A stretch of DNA of 64,000 nucleotides, taken from IMG/VR virus record IMGVR_UViG_3300037316_000027, positions 32,001-96,000 of that record. One strand, 5' to 3'. Under the pieces are notes generated by a model. That model ran no database searches. It was given only the letters and a program-made list of their open reading frames with translations, and had not been told where the DNA came from. This DNA is from a virus. A program made the translations under genes and the position numbers. Positions 21,815 to 31,503 of the stretch are shown piece by piece. How positions within the stretch are numbered: the stretch's first letter is position 1; each line of letters begins with the position of its first letter.

Positions 21815-22115
21815 AGTTTTTCCTCTTGTGCAACAGTCCTCGGCCTAGGCGGAAGATGTGCTGTCTCGTGATCTCTGTCGCGCCATTGGAGCCGTTCAAT
21901 CGACGGCTTCCGATGACGCGGTGAGCGATATCGGTGTTATCCTCGCCGGCTGTCAGGCCGACGCTGAGCGCGGAGTGGATGCGATTGGCATCATCAGCCG
22001 CGATACTTCGAGCCCATGCAACGAGCGTGTGCCCATGAATTTTCAGTGTTCGCGGTGCCCGGCGATGCCGGTCCCACGCGATGCCGTCGTGCTCGTGCTC
22101 TTCGACATCAGTCAT
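21804..22115 (-). CDS. Truncated MuF-like head morphogenesis protein (~103 aa)
   Basis: GHTL..WA..IAADD..RI..AL..GLTAGE....IA.RVIGS..LNG.NG..EITR resembles the central part of MuF/SPP1 gp7 proteins; the C-terminal MuF core is absent. Confidence 0.55.
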   Translation of the reverse strand: MTDVEEHEHDGIAWDRHRRAPRTLKIHGHTLVAWARSIAADDANRIHSALSVGLTAGEDNTDIAHRVIGSRRLNGSNGATEITRQHIFRLGRGLLHKRKNYGR

Positions 22116-22977
22116 CTTTTCGGCCTTCGTCCTCAACCCACTTCGGGAGCAGGCCCATCTTCTGCGGCGCGTAGACAGTATGCTCGCTGTCCGCAGTCCT
22201 GTTCGAAACTCCATGCGGGCCGTAGTTGACCCACGAATTCTGTCCGCGCGTGCCTGCTGTCATCGCCGGACGCGCAAGGTCCGAATACATCGCAGCGTGA
22301 GAGCGCCAAGCATTCTCTTCGCCGCCAGCCCGGAAGCCATTTCCTTCTTTCATGTGTCCGTTCATGTCATGCACGATCCGGAAGACATCGTTGGCGACGA
22401 CTTTACGGCCGCCGATAACTTCGCCCGTTTTCTTGAGGACGGGGCTGTCCTTTTCGTAGGCCCTCGCCTCGGGGCCGGTGCCGAACCCCTGATCGGTGGG
22501 AAAGCCCCACCAGTGATTATTCTCACTCACATCCTGCGCTCCGAGACGCGGCGACGCGGCATACGGGTCCTTTTGGCCGGGCTTGATCCAATCGACTTTC
22601 AGTCCGGTTGCCTTGATGGCTTCCCACTGCGCTTGCGTCTCCTTGATCATCGCATCGTAACTGGCCTTCGTCGCCGGTTCGGTCGGCGTGTGCTTCATCT
22701 CGTCGAACGCGTCCGCGATGCGCTTGGAACGATCGACATCGACCGGCACGTACTTCTTCGGAGGGTCGTATGGCAGACCCGCCGACTTCATGTAGCTCGC
22801 CGCTGCGTCCTTGAGCCGACCGATCGGTCCGGGAACATACCACTTGCCGCCCAAGTTGATCGGCTTCTGCGGCAGGCCTTCGAGCGGCTTGTGACCGCCA
22901 GCGACCTTGTCCGCCTGCGCCTGCGCAGCGGCCCACTCGCCTTTCTCGTCTCGTGCCTCGTCGGGATTATATGTCAC
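22108..22977 (-). CDS. Polyvalent-protein-type domain (HDxxGH...EENAW..H) with NPDEARDEKGEW leader
   Basis: NDVFRIVHDMNGH...GFRAGGEENAWRSHAAMYS...TRGQNSWVNYGP, recalled from large phage polyvalent proteins. Confidence 0.6.
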   Translation of the reverse strand: MTYNPDEARDEKGEWAAAQAQADKVAGGHKPLEGLPQKPINLGGKWYVPGPIGRLKDAAASYMKSAGLPYDPPKKYVPVDVDRSKRIADAFDEMKHTPTEPATKASYDAMIKETQAQWEAIKATGLKVDWIKPGQKDPYAASPRLGAQDVSENNHWWGFPTDQGFGTGPEARAYEKDSPVLKKTGEVIGGRKVVANDVFRIVHDMNGHMKEGNGFRAGGEENAWRSHAAMYSDLARPAMTAGTRGQNSWVNYGPHGVSNRTADSEHTVYAPQKMGLLPKWVEDEGRKDD

Positions 22978-23395
22978 TGGGCAAGTTATCCCGTAGATGG
23001 CGGAACGCCGCCTTGATGTGGCGCTCCCGGTGTGCAGCGATCTTCTTCGTCAGCTCGTCGCGCGTGAGCATCGCGTCACTGACCTTGGTTCGATTGATCC
23101 CGGCCACATCCATCAGCTCGTTCTCGATCATGTCGCGGATTTGCGGTTCGCTCTGATCGAGGATGTTGATCGCCTCCATGAACGTCTTGATGATGTGCTT
23201 GACGTGCGGGTCGCTCGTCTTGTCGCTCACGTCCTGCGCAGCCTGCTTCAGCGCACCAAACGGCCCATCATTCGATTTGTCCACCAGCTCCGGAAACATA
23301 GCAGCGGCGTTCTTGGCGAAGTCGGCCGCATTGCCGCTCGGAATGTCTCCCGGACCATCCGGGTCCGTGATCTGCGGTGCGTAGGTATCTTTCAC
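22967..23395 (-). CDS. Hypothetical protein (142 aa)
   Basis: Overlapping-coupled ORF in the head operon. Confidence 0.6.
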   Translation of the reverse strand: MKDTYAPQITDPDGPGDIPSGNAADFAKNAAAMFPELVDKSNDGPFGALKQAAQDVSDKTSDPHVKHIIKTFMEAINILDQSEPQIRDMIENELMDVAGINRTKVSDAMLTRDELTKKIAAHRERHIKAAFRHLRDNLPSDI

Positions 23396-24672
23396 AGCTT
23401 CACACCTTTCTCGGTCGCGATCTTTCGCAGCTCGGTGCTGTAGTCAGTGTTGAGACGTTCCGTGTTCCGGCTTCCCAGTTTCGTGTAGAGCCGCTTTTCC
23501 GGATACCACCACGTTGCCTGCATATCGGCGATCGTCATATGATGTCCCGCATCCGCGAGCTTCTGTTGGGCCTGATCGAACACGTCTCGAATGTGCTGGC
23601 GCTGGCTTCCGTTGCCGGGCTGATCCTTGATGCCCCCGACCGCGAGTTCATACCGCTCGGCCGCGTATGTCAATTCCGATTTGGTCTTCGTTCCGGCGTC
23701 GAAGTCCGCGCGGTTGTCCTTAAAATCCTTGATATGGGCCAGACGAATGTCTGCGGCCAGCTTAACCATTCGGGGCTCAGTCGTCGGGATTTTCTGCCCG
23801 GCGGCCTTGAGCGCAGCAGTGAAGCGCGCCTTCGGCTTTTCTACGTCTACCGTCCCAGTCAGCGTGCCCGTGAGACGGCCCCAGCCGCGCATGAGCCACA
23901 TATCGGCGGTGAGAGGTTTGAAGTTTCCATTGAGGTTCTGATAAAATCCCTGTCCGATTTTCGGTCCCAAGATCGCGGAGCCATACATCTTGGCCCCCAT
24001 GTTTTCGCCGCTCACGGGCATGCCCATCTTGTCGAGATCGCCAACGGTGTATTCCTTGTCCAGAAACGCTTGCGCGCCCGCGACGCCCATGGTCCCAATC
24101 AGCTTGTTGAGCTTGTCGAAATTGCCGTTGATGCTGATCCCAGCCTTTCCGGCCTCCATGTCAGTCGGGAATTTCCCGGTCTTCTCAAAAATTCCATATG
24201 CCTTGTCGGCGAGGGCGGTGTTGATCTGCACGGTTTGGTTCTGGCTCGTGACCGCCAGCGCGGCGGTGAAAGCGAACTTCGCCGCCGGGTTGTCGGCCAT
24301 TTCCGGGTGCAGCTTTTCGGCGACGCCCATGGCATCCTTCATGCTGCTCGTGTACCAGTCCTCTGCGTTGCCGCCGCGCTTCAGCTCGTTCTCAATCTCT
24401 GAAGCGATGGCGCTCGAAACGATGTTATCCGCTTTCGCGTTCGGCCCCTCTTTCCCTTTCGGCTCTTCGATCACGCCGCCCGGGATGCCGAGCGCCTTGA
24501 GAGCGGCCTGCCCGCGCGCATTCAGCTCCTTGGCGATGTCCGGGTTGCTGCGCGAGCCCGGTTTCGCCATGGTAGGATCATTCAGGATCGAGTTGACGGT
24601 GAGCTTGTCGTAAGCTCCGCCCGCCGTCCACTCTCCGTGCGCATCGCGCGGCTCGTCAGGATTGAAGGTCAC
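23392..24672 (-). CDS. HhH-GPD DNA glycosylase-like protein with NPDEPRDAHGEW leader
   Basis: WY...ALAVTSQ...GPKIG..FY.NL.G...LTADMW..R...QATWW pattern of the HhH-GPD fold. Confidence 0.6.
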   Translation of the reverse strand: MTFNPDEPRDAHGEWTAGGAYDKLTVNSILNDPTMAKPGSRSNPDIAKELNARGQAALKALGIPGGVIEEPKGKEGPNAKADNIVSSAIASEIENELKRGGNAEDWYTSSMKDAMGVAEKLHPEMADNPAAKFAFTAALAVTSQNQTVQINTALADKAYGIFEKTGKFPTDMEAGKAGISINGNFDKLNKLIGTMGVAGAQAFLDKEYTVGDLDKMGMPVSGENMGAKMYGSAILGPKIGQGFYQNLNGNFKPLTADMWLMRGWGRLTGTLTGTVDVEKPKARFTAALKAAGQKIPTTEPRMVKLAADIRLAHIKDFKDNRADFDAGTKTKSELTYAAERYELAVGGIKDQPGNGSQRQHIRDVFDQAQQKLADAGHHMTIADMQATWWYPEKRLYTKLGSRNTERLNTDYSTELRKIATEKGVKL

Positions 24673-26378
24673 GCGCCGCCCTTCGTCTTGCCCGCTGACG
24701 CGCCCTTCTTGCCGACTTTACGCTTCAGAGGAACAGGTGACCCACGCGTGTAGCCCTTCGCACGTGCGGTCGGCACAATCGGCACGTTCTGATTTGGCGG
24801 TGTAGCGCCTGCGGGGGCGGCCGGTGGGGCGGTCGGGGCTGGTGGTGTAGTGCCGCCGTCGCTCGGTGGCGGACCCGCGACTGCGCTGAGATCAGTATCC
24901 AAGAAAGTATCATCGGTGACAGACTGCCCAAAGGGGCCGACCATGGTCCCGAGCATCGACGCCGCTTCTTCCTCGATCTGATTGTTCTCTTCTTCAAAGT
25001 CCATCTCCGTCATGTCGTTCATCTGCATCATGCGATGCATCGAACGGAGTGACAAGGGCAGTCCGAGCTGCTTGGCCTGCATGAACGCGAGCAGCGCGGC
25101 ACCAGCGACAGTCTGATCGGCGAAGTCCGTGGTCGGCTTGACCGATACTTCATCGGGGTCTTCCCCGACCCACTCCGCGCAATACTTAAGCGCGGTCTCC
25201 AGTCCCTTGCCGGCGCACTGGGCGACGGATGAAATCGTGGTCGTGCGAGCCGCGACGCGAATACGGAGGGCTTCGCCGCTCTCACCGCGCGCGTTGCCGA
25301 CATCCAAGAAGGCCACACCGAGCGAAGCGGCTTCGTCCTGATCGCTCTTGAGCGACTGACGCATCTCGCCAAGACCGGCGGCGGAGACGCCGATGTATTT
25401 CGCATCGCCATCGATACGCAGATCGATGACGCCCTTGTTGCCGACGCGGAGTTTATCCGGCGCGGCTTCATCGACGTTGCCACCGATGATGACGAGCGTG
25501 TTCTGTCCTTGCAGGTAAAGCGTTTGCCGGTAGTCGGCCTCGCCCCGGTAGATAGCCAGAGCGAGGTTCGACAGGCCAAGAAGTGGGGACACTTCCGGTT
25601 CGGGTACGAGATCGTTTGCGCCGATGAAGACGAACGGGATGTCGTCGAGTGCGCGACCGCCGATCGACGGGAAAATAAAATCTTCCATGATGGGCATGGA
25701 GCTGTCATTGACTTTCACGGCGACAGCGTAGGGCGATCCCTCCGGCGGGCGCTCCCAGCCGCTCTCAAGGCTCTCGGGACCGCCGCGCGTGAGCACGCGA
25801 TACTTGCGTTCGGTCTTCCACGTAAAGCCCTCGCGGCGAAAACCGCTCTCGTCCAGCACGACGAGATCGAGCATGTTGCGGCCCTCGTTAAGGCGTCCCG
25901 CGTCCCAGTTGATGATCCGCATCGGCTCGTAGAATGACAGGTACGGGGTCGCCTTGTCGATATCGACGCCCTGCGGTGCGTCCGCAAGCAGCCCGCAGCG
26001 CCCATACAGGAGTTGCGCGACGTTGATCCGGCGAAGCAACATCTGGAGCCCCTCGCCTTGGATTGTCGCCTTATCCATCATGGTCTGAAGACGCGGAGGC
26101 AGCGTGATCACGGCGGGCTTGTTATGCATTATTCCAACCATTGCCTTCACGGCATCCTTGACAACGTCGTGGAAGTAGGCGCGCATCAAGTACGCTTCGT
26201 AGTCGCGCCAGCCGGGAGAGCTTGGGGTCGTCATTCCATCCTGCACCATGCCCTCGGTCGCCGGGAGGTAGTCGAGACGCTTCGACTTGACGGCGCGCTC
26301 GCCTTGATAGGTGTCCGAGAGCTGGAGCCATTCGCCCAGTCTTTCTACGTACTCGGGATGCTTGTCTGGCAATGCCAT
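24669..26378 (-). CDS. Portal protein (DUF4055-like)
   Basis: HPEY...YLP...Y..YL.RA.F...IINW...IPFVFIG...ESGEALRIR; directly after terL. Confidence 0.9.
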   Translation of the reverse strand: MALPDKHPEYVERLGEWLQLSDTYQGERAVKSKRLDYLPATEGMVQDGMTTPSSPGWRDYEAYLMRAYFHDVVKDAVKAMVGIMHNKPAVITLPPRLQTMMDKATIQGEGLQMLLRRINVAQLLYGRCGLLADAPQGVDIDKATPYLSFYEPMRIINWDAGRLNEGRNMLDLVVLDESGFRREGFTWKTERKYRVLTRGGPESLESGWERPPEGSPYAVAVKVNDSSMPIMEDFIFPSIGGRALDDIPFVFIGANDLVPEPEVSPLLGLSNLALAIYRGEADYRQTLYLQGQNTLVIIGGNVDEAAPDKLRVGNKGVIDLRIDGDAKYIGVSAAGLGEMRQSLKSDQDEAASLGVAFLDVGNARGESGEALRIRVAARTTTISSVAQCAGKGLETALKYCAEWVGEDPDEVSVKPTTDFADQTVAGAALLAFMQAKQLGLPLSLRSMHRMMQMNDMTEMDFEEENNQIEEEAASMLGTMVGPFGQSVTDDTFLDTDLSAVAGPPPSDGGTTPPAPTAPPAAPAGATPPNQNVPIVPTARAKGYTRGSPVPLKRKVGKKGASAGKTKGGA

Positions 26379-26449
26379 GGTGATATCCTTCCGGGGGCTA
26401 GGTCCTCTAGCCTATTAACCATATCCTGTCAATCATCTTGACAGGATGA

Positions 26450-28072
26450 TTACGCGCCTGCTCGCCCGGACTTCATGCCCGGGGAGCTGTCAAAGCGCAG
26501 CATGTACCGCGTCTCGTCTCCAGCGTGGTCTTCGCTGTCATCGTCTACATCATCGATCTTGACTTCGTCGCGCGGCAGCACCGGCACGCATCGAAGCCAT
26601 TGCTGGCATTCCGTCGTGACGAACAGGCCGGGGATTTCCCGGAAGCCGTCCGGCGGCCGTTTGGCCGCCTTGAGCCGCTTGCGGATTTGCTCCCAGCCCT
26701 GCTCGCGCGAACCGGGGCCTTTGTCGGCCCTCTCCCAGAAAACGCCACGGTATTTCACGCCGTTGATCGTGACCGGCTTCTCGAAGTCGTCCGCGATGGA
26801 AACTGTCGATGAGGACTGATCGCCATCGAAAATCGAACTGTCCGCCGGTCCTCGGCTCACCCGGGTCCACGTACCTTGAGGATCACGTAGGCCCCATTTG
26901 ATTTCGCGTTCAATGATGCCCTTCGCGATATCGGCGACGAGCAGCCGCGAGCCTTCGTTCGGTTGTCCGCGCCAGCCGTACCATTCGTGGATACGGAAGA
27001 GATCGCCGCGCACTGTCGCCCGCATTCTACCGGGGACGATCTGCCCCTGTGAGTTCTTCGTGTCGCGCAATTTCAAATCGGTCCCGTCGCTCCGTGCGTA
27101 CCAGCCGACCGAGAACGGCTTCGACGAGCCATGGTCATAGGCCCGATAAATCTTCCAGCCCGGCGGCACGTCGAACGGCTCGATCACGACCGCGTCCCGG
27201 TACTCGTACCAGATGTCGTCGAACATGCCGCCGGCAACGATGTCCCACGAGCCCTCCATCCACGCCGCGAGTTCGGACTTGTTGCGGGCTGACGCTTTAA
27301 TTTTGTTCTTGTACTCCGGGTCCGAGTGCAACAGCAGCACGTTCTCGTCGAGATAGCCGTGAATGGCGCGGCGCGGCGGCTCCTTGTTACCTGCTTCGTC
27401 TACGGTGCCCGTAATGAGTGGGCCGACTGTCGGCTTGCGCCCGTTGATCGTCTCGCCGTTGATCGGCAATCGCCAGCGGGCCTTGACCCAGTTATGGCCG
27501 ACGCCGTAGGGATTGGTCGTTGCGCGCACCTTGCGCGGCATTCCCCTGATCGTCGAACGCGAGCACGAGAACATGCTCATGTAGCAATCCGGGCTCGGCC
27601 AGTTCGTCAACTCTTCCCAACCAATCCACGGATAGGCGTGACCGTGGTAGTTATCGTAATCGCTGCGCACGTTGAAGTGGGCGAAGTACAGGCGCTCGCC
27701 TGTCGGCCACTCCCACATCGTCTTGACTTCATTGTAGACCGCGTTAGGCCAGATACGCTTGATCCACTTCTTGGACTTCTCAATGATGTCGCGCAACTGC
27801 GGATGCGATTGTCGAAACAAGACGCCTTTCCATTCTGCACCATAGCCTTTGCCGACATCCTGACAAAAGTCCATGATCAGCGCGTCGGTCTTGCCGGGGC
27901 CGCGTGTTCCTTCGTAGAGAACTTCCATTGTCGGATCGGCGAGGAAAAACTCCTGTGACCCCGGTTGCGGGCACCATATCGCAGCTTTTAACACCCCTCT
28001 ATCGTCACGAAAATACGGGACGTAAGCCCCATCCTTGTCCTGCACGAATTTTTCGACACTGGGCCACTGCAT
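26450..28072 (-). CDS. terL: Terminase large subunit
   Basis: Walker A GTRGPGKT, Walker B WIGWEEL, ATTNP, nuclease DHG...EDHAGDETRY. Confidence 0.95.
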   Translation of the reverse strand: MQWPSVEKFVQDKDGAYVPYFRDDRGVLKAAIWCPQPGSQEFFLADPTMEVLYEGTRGPGKTDALIMDFCQDVGKGYGAEWKGVLFRQSHPQLRDIIEKSKKWIKRIWPNAVYNEVKTMWEWPTGERLYFAHFNVRSDYDNYHGHAYPWIGWEELTNWPSPDCYMSMFSCSRSTIRGMPRKVRATTNPYGVGHNWVKARWRLPINGETINGRKPTVGPLITGTVDEAGNKEPPRRAIHGYLDENVLLLHSDPEYKNKIKASARNKSELAAWMEGSWDIVAGGMFDDIWYEYRDAVVIEPFDVPPGWKIYRAYDHGSSKPFSVGWYARSDGTDLKLRDTKNSQGQIVPGRMRATVRGDLFRIHEWYGWRGQPNEGSRLLVADIAKGIIEREIKWGLRDPQGTWTRVSRGPADSSIFDGDQSSSTVSIADDFEKPVTINGVKYRGVFWERADKGPGSREQGWEQIRKRLKAAKRPPDGFREIPGLFVTTECQQWLRCVPVLPRDEVKIDDVDDDSEDHAGDETRYMLRFDSSPGMKSGRAGA

Positions 28073-28073
28073 T

Positions 28074-28946
28074 TTAAGCGGCGTCCCCAGTGTCGTCCTC
28101 AGTACCCTCAACGCTGTCATCGAACGTGACGGCTGGCCGACCTTCGCGACGATAGGCACTTTCAAGTTCGTTGAGCGCTTCCGACGTGGCCGCGCGCATC
28201 CCGACGACAAGCACGCCGCCCGTGACGTTCATATCAACGATCGCCCGCTTGCCATATTCTTTCGGCTTGCGGTTTTCGAGATACCACCTGAGCATGTCGG
28301 GGTCTTGTTTGAAAATCGTCTCGGGGACTGGAGCACCGTTCTCGTCGCGAAGCCATAGCCTCGGGTTTCTGTCGTCAATGGGGTCGCCGAGCAGAACGAA
28401 CAGATCATACTTGTCTGGGTCGATTTTATATTGGACGCGCCCCCTGAAAGATTGTACCTCGAAGAAGCCCGTAGCCAGTGCCCACGAAGCCGTCTCCGCT
28501 TTCCCGAGGCCTTCATCCACCGCTGCGTCCCATGCGAGATGAAACCGCTGGGTGTTGTCAGAGTTCTCATTCTCTTCATCGTCGGGAAGAGCTACGTCGA
28601 AACCGTCCCCGGGAGCGCCCTCCTTGGATTTCTGTAGCCAGTATTTGAGTTGGGAGAGGCTGATGCCCGCGCGCTGCGCCGCGTCCGACGCATGGGGAAT
28701 TTCAGCGACGTTCTTGAGCAGACGATTGAGGCGTTCGGGAGTGTTCTTTCGCGGGGCGCGAGGGCCACGGACATCTAGGGGCGAAGGCCCAGACCCGTTT
28801 ACCGGATAGCTGCGGGATCGCTCTAGGACGCCCCGGCTTGCTGCGCCCATGGGACGAGACTTCGGCGGGGCTTTATCGATTAGCACTTCGGGGCCGACCG
28901 GAGCCGGGCCGAGCAAATCGTCGAGACTGGTTTCTTCTCCGCTCAT
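28074..28946 (-). CDS. terS: Terminase small subunit
   Basis: HTH (AAQRAGISLSQLKYW), DPDMLRWYLENRKPKEYG; immediately upstream of terL. Confidence 0.75.
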   Translation of the reverse strand: MSGEETSLDDLLGPAPVGPEVLIDKAPPKSRPMGAASRGVLERSRSYPVNGSGPSPLDVRGPRAPRKNTPERLNRLLKNVAEIPHASDAAQRAGISLSQLKYWLQKSKEGAPGDGFDVALPDDEENENSDNTQRFHLAWDAAVDEGLGKAETASWALATGFFEVQSFRGRVQYKIDPDKYDLFVLLGDPIDDRNPRLWLRDENGAPVPETIFKQDPDMLRWYLENRKPKEYGKRAIVDMNVTGGVLVVGMRAATSEALNELESAYRREGRPAVTFDDSVEGTEDDTGDAA

Positions 28947-29140
28947 GCGGGTATCCCCTTCAGGCATTGCATCGGCCCAGCCGATGGGAGGCGCGCATGC
29001 GCACTCGCGTATATTCGTCTTTGATACGCAAACGCGGATATAGCTCAGCTATACCCGATGTTTTGTATCATTCGCAGCCCTTACAGATGTCCGCCGGTCC
29101 CGGCGGGACTGGCGGAAGCGGGGCTACCTGAGACTGTGGC

Positions 29141-29416
29141 CTAGCACTGATATCCGGGCGTGACCCCACACCCTGTTGTGTGCTGTGCGGACCCAAAAAA
29201 GTAGTGAGGGAGGCCACCCCCGACGCCCATCAGTCCAGCGAGCCAGAGCATGACCGCGATCAGGCACAAGAGCGCTACGATGATCTTCCCGACCTTCACC
29301 ATGTCCGCCGAGGGCGGATATCCGACGAGGGTGAGTAGCCAGAGCATTGTGAAAGCAACGAACACAACGATCGCACAGTAGAGCACGACGTTGGCCAGTC
29401 CGATAAGAATTTCCAT
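29141..29416 (-). CDS. Small two-TM membrane protein
   Basis: Two long hydrophobic helices; GAGG RBS. Confidence 0.6.
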   Translation of the reverse strand: MEILIGLANVVLYCAIVVFVAFTMLWLLTLVGYPPSADMVKVGKIIVALLCLIAVMLWLAGLMGVGGGLPHYFFGSAQHTTGCGVTPGYQC

Positions 29417-29572
29417 GGTAGCCTCACTTGCCTAGTTCGGCGCGGATGATACTCGCGCGAGCTTGACTAAGCTTGTCATCGGGAAATTGTTCCAGATGCT
29501 TTTGGATACCTTCAAGTTGACGTTCTAGGCGCTTCTGTCTACTCGAAGGCGCGCACGTGTTGACTTTGCCCA

Positions 29573-29935
29573 TCAGATTTTGCCGTCTTCAACGCCGAAG
29601 ATGACGCCTTTTTCAGATGTTGGGAAAGCGCCGTAGCCGACCATGCATCCGTTTCTGAAGGTGACGAAGACCGACAAGATGCCGCCGTCCTTATCGAAAA
29701 TTTCGGCGAGATCGACATCCGCATTCGGCGAGGGACTTCTCGCCATCATCCCCTTGAGCACGGCACCTTCGACCTTCCGATCGAATTTGAGCGGGGCTGG
29801 GGCGGTCTTGAGAACCACTTCAGGGGTGAGACAGACTTCTGCCGGGGCCTTGTGGGCGATGGATGTGTTCTTAGCGAGGACAGGGGGAGCGAGGGCGAGA
29901 AGAGCAGCGAGGGACAGCGATGCGACCTTCAGCAT
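29573..29935 (-). CDS. Exported protein with signal peptide
   Basis: MLKVASLSLAALLALAPPVLA signal; AGGAG RBS. Confidence 0.6.
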   Translation of the reverse strand: MLKVASLSLAALLALAPPVLAKNTSIAHKAPAEVCLTPEVVLKTAPAPLKFDRKVEGAVLKGMMARSPSPNADVDLAEIFDKDGGILSVFVTFRNGCMVGYGAFPTSEKGVIFGVEDGKI

Positions 29936-29950
29936 TTGTTGAAACTCCTG

Positions 29951-30238
29951 TTACCGCTGAAATGAGCGATTGGTGATGGGACCACGGGCGCGCCGGATGT
30001 TGGCGGCCGGAATTTTCCCGCCCTCGTCATTGCGCGAGCGCATGGTCGGAGTGGTCGGCACTTTCTGCTCGGCGGAGACGGGGCGCGTTTGCGGGTTGAC
30101 GCCGACTGGCACAGTAGCCTGCGGCAGGAAGCCGGAAGTCGTGTGCTTGCCGGGAGTGTCGCTCGACGGACCAGCGAAGCCGTTCTGGCCGTAGCCATTG
30201 TCCGACTTCATCTTGCTTCCAACTACGTCAATCGCCAT
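29951..30238 (-). CDS. Small basic Gly/Pro-rich protein
   Basis: ORF downstream of late promoter copy 4. Confidence 0.5.
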   Translation of the reverse strand: MAIDVVGSKMKSDNGYGQNGFAGPSSDTPGKHTTSGFLPQATVPVGVNPQTRPVSAEQKVPTTPTMRSRNDEGGKIPAANIRRARGPITNRSFQR

Positions 30239-30344
30239 GATCGTCTCTTTCGTCAATGTCGCTACCGTGCAGCCCGTCTTCCGCTTCCAGCCTTTCGGCT
30301 TCGGCGTCAGCTTCGAGCCACTCGCTCAGAAAGTCGTCCACAGA

Positions 30345-30719
30345 TTAGCGGCCGAGGCGCGCGGCCTCTGCGAGGACGGCCTTGCCGAGATTGCCGTTGA
30401 CCGACTGGCCGTTGGCGTCCTTCATGCCCCACGAGGACTTGAGTTCGCCCGGCTGCCGACGCAAAACCTTGTCGGTCGGCGACGGATCGAGCGGGTTCGG
30501 GCTGGAGGCGTCGGGCGCGTGATCGAAGCCCGGGCTCGTCGGCGACGCGCCGCGAAGCTTCGAGGCATCGGTCTGATCCTTCATGCCTTCCTTGACAGGG
30601 AATTTGGTCTGGGTGCGCTTCGCAGCGCCAGAGCGCGGATCGACGGGGCTGTTGGAAATGCGATCCTGCATCGCGGGGTCGATGGTCTTCGCTACAACGC
30701 CGCTACCTTTGACTGCCAT
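30345..30719 (-). CDS. Small disordered protein
   Basis: AAGGA RBS; first gene after late promoter copy 4. Confidence 0.6.
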   Translation of the reverse strand: MAVKGSGVVAKTIDPAMQDRISNSPVDPRSGAAKRTQTKFPVKEGMKDQTDASKLRGASPTSPGFDHAPDASSPNPLDPSPTDKVLRRQPGELKSSWGMKDANGQSVNGNLGKAVLAEAARLGR

Positions 30720-30753
30720 GTGCGTGATCCTTACGAGTTGGAATTTCTCCGCA

Positions 30754-30793
30754 AGCATACGCGTAGCGCAGCTTCGGAACAACTGGGAATTAG
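30754..30793 (-). promoter_or_regulatory. Late promoter copy 4 (CTAATTCCCAG-TTGTTC-N17-TATGCT)
   Basis: Matches the five-copy consensus. Confidence 0.75.
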
Positions 30794-30837
30794 GACGGGG
30801 GCTTGACAGTCCTCAGTGAGAGCAGTATCAAAACCAT

Positions 30838-31503
30838 ATGCCCCATTTTCTCTATCGCATCGTTGCTCCAGATGGTCGTGCCTACATAGGTGTTACCAAG
30901 AGCCCGAAAAAGCGTTTCAGTGCCCACTGCCATCGCTCTTCGTCGGCGGTCAACGCAGCGATCAGAGAGTTCGGCCGCGCCGCGATGAAATTCGAATTAC
31001 TCACCTGCGGACCTAACGAGTATATCTACGAGCTTGAAGCGGCAGCCATTACTGCTTTTAATACTCGGCAGCCGAACGGTTTCAATCTGGCGATTGGCGG
31101 TCCTGCCGGGCGGTCCAATCGCAACCCGCTTCCGTCTACGCGTACCCGACTGTCAGAGGCGGCTAAGAAAAATATCAAAGCTCAAGTGGCTATGACGCTT
31201 GCTGCGACGGCAGCGCGACTTGGGAAACCCCTCCCAGCCACAACACGCGCAAAAATATCTGCGGCAAACAGCGGCACAAAACCCGCCGCACATACGATTG
31301 CGGCGTCGGTAGCCGCGCGAAAAGGCAAGCCTGCATGGAATAAAGGAATATCACCGTCTGCCGCGACCCGCACGAAACAGTCGATAGCGAGCAAGAATAA
31401 CCCGAGGGTGGTAGCGGCACAAATTTTTGCGACGGCGAAAGCGGCAGAGAAGCGACGAATTATGTCGAGCCGAGCGGGCCGCCCGGACCTGAGCCGCCGG
31501 TAG
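30838..31503 (+). CDS. GIY-YIG homing endonuclease with NUMOD3-like repeats
   Basis: FLYRI...AYIGVT...RF..H...E...I..FNT...GFNL; TRAKISAAN.G and AWNKG repeats; opposite strand to its neighbours. Confidence 0.85.
   Translation: MPHFLYRIVAPDGRAYIGVTKSPKKRFSAHCHRSSSAVNAAIREFGRAAMKFELLTCGPNEYIYELEAAAITAFNTRQPNGFNLAIGGPAGRSNRNPLPSTRTRLSEAAKKNIKAQVAMTLAATAARLGKPLPATTRAKISAANSGTKPAAHTIAASVAARKGKPAWNKGISPSAATRTKQSIASKNNPRVVAAQIFATAKAAEKRRIMSSRAGRPDLSRR

Noticed and set aside
29141-29416. Holin
   Set aside because: Hydrophobic, but no endolysin or spanin is recognisable nearby; left as a membrane protein.
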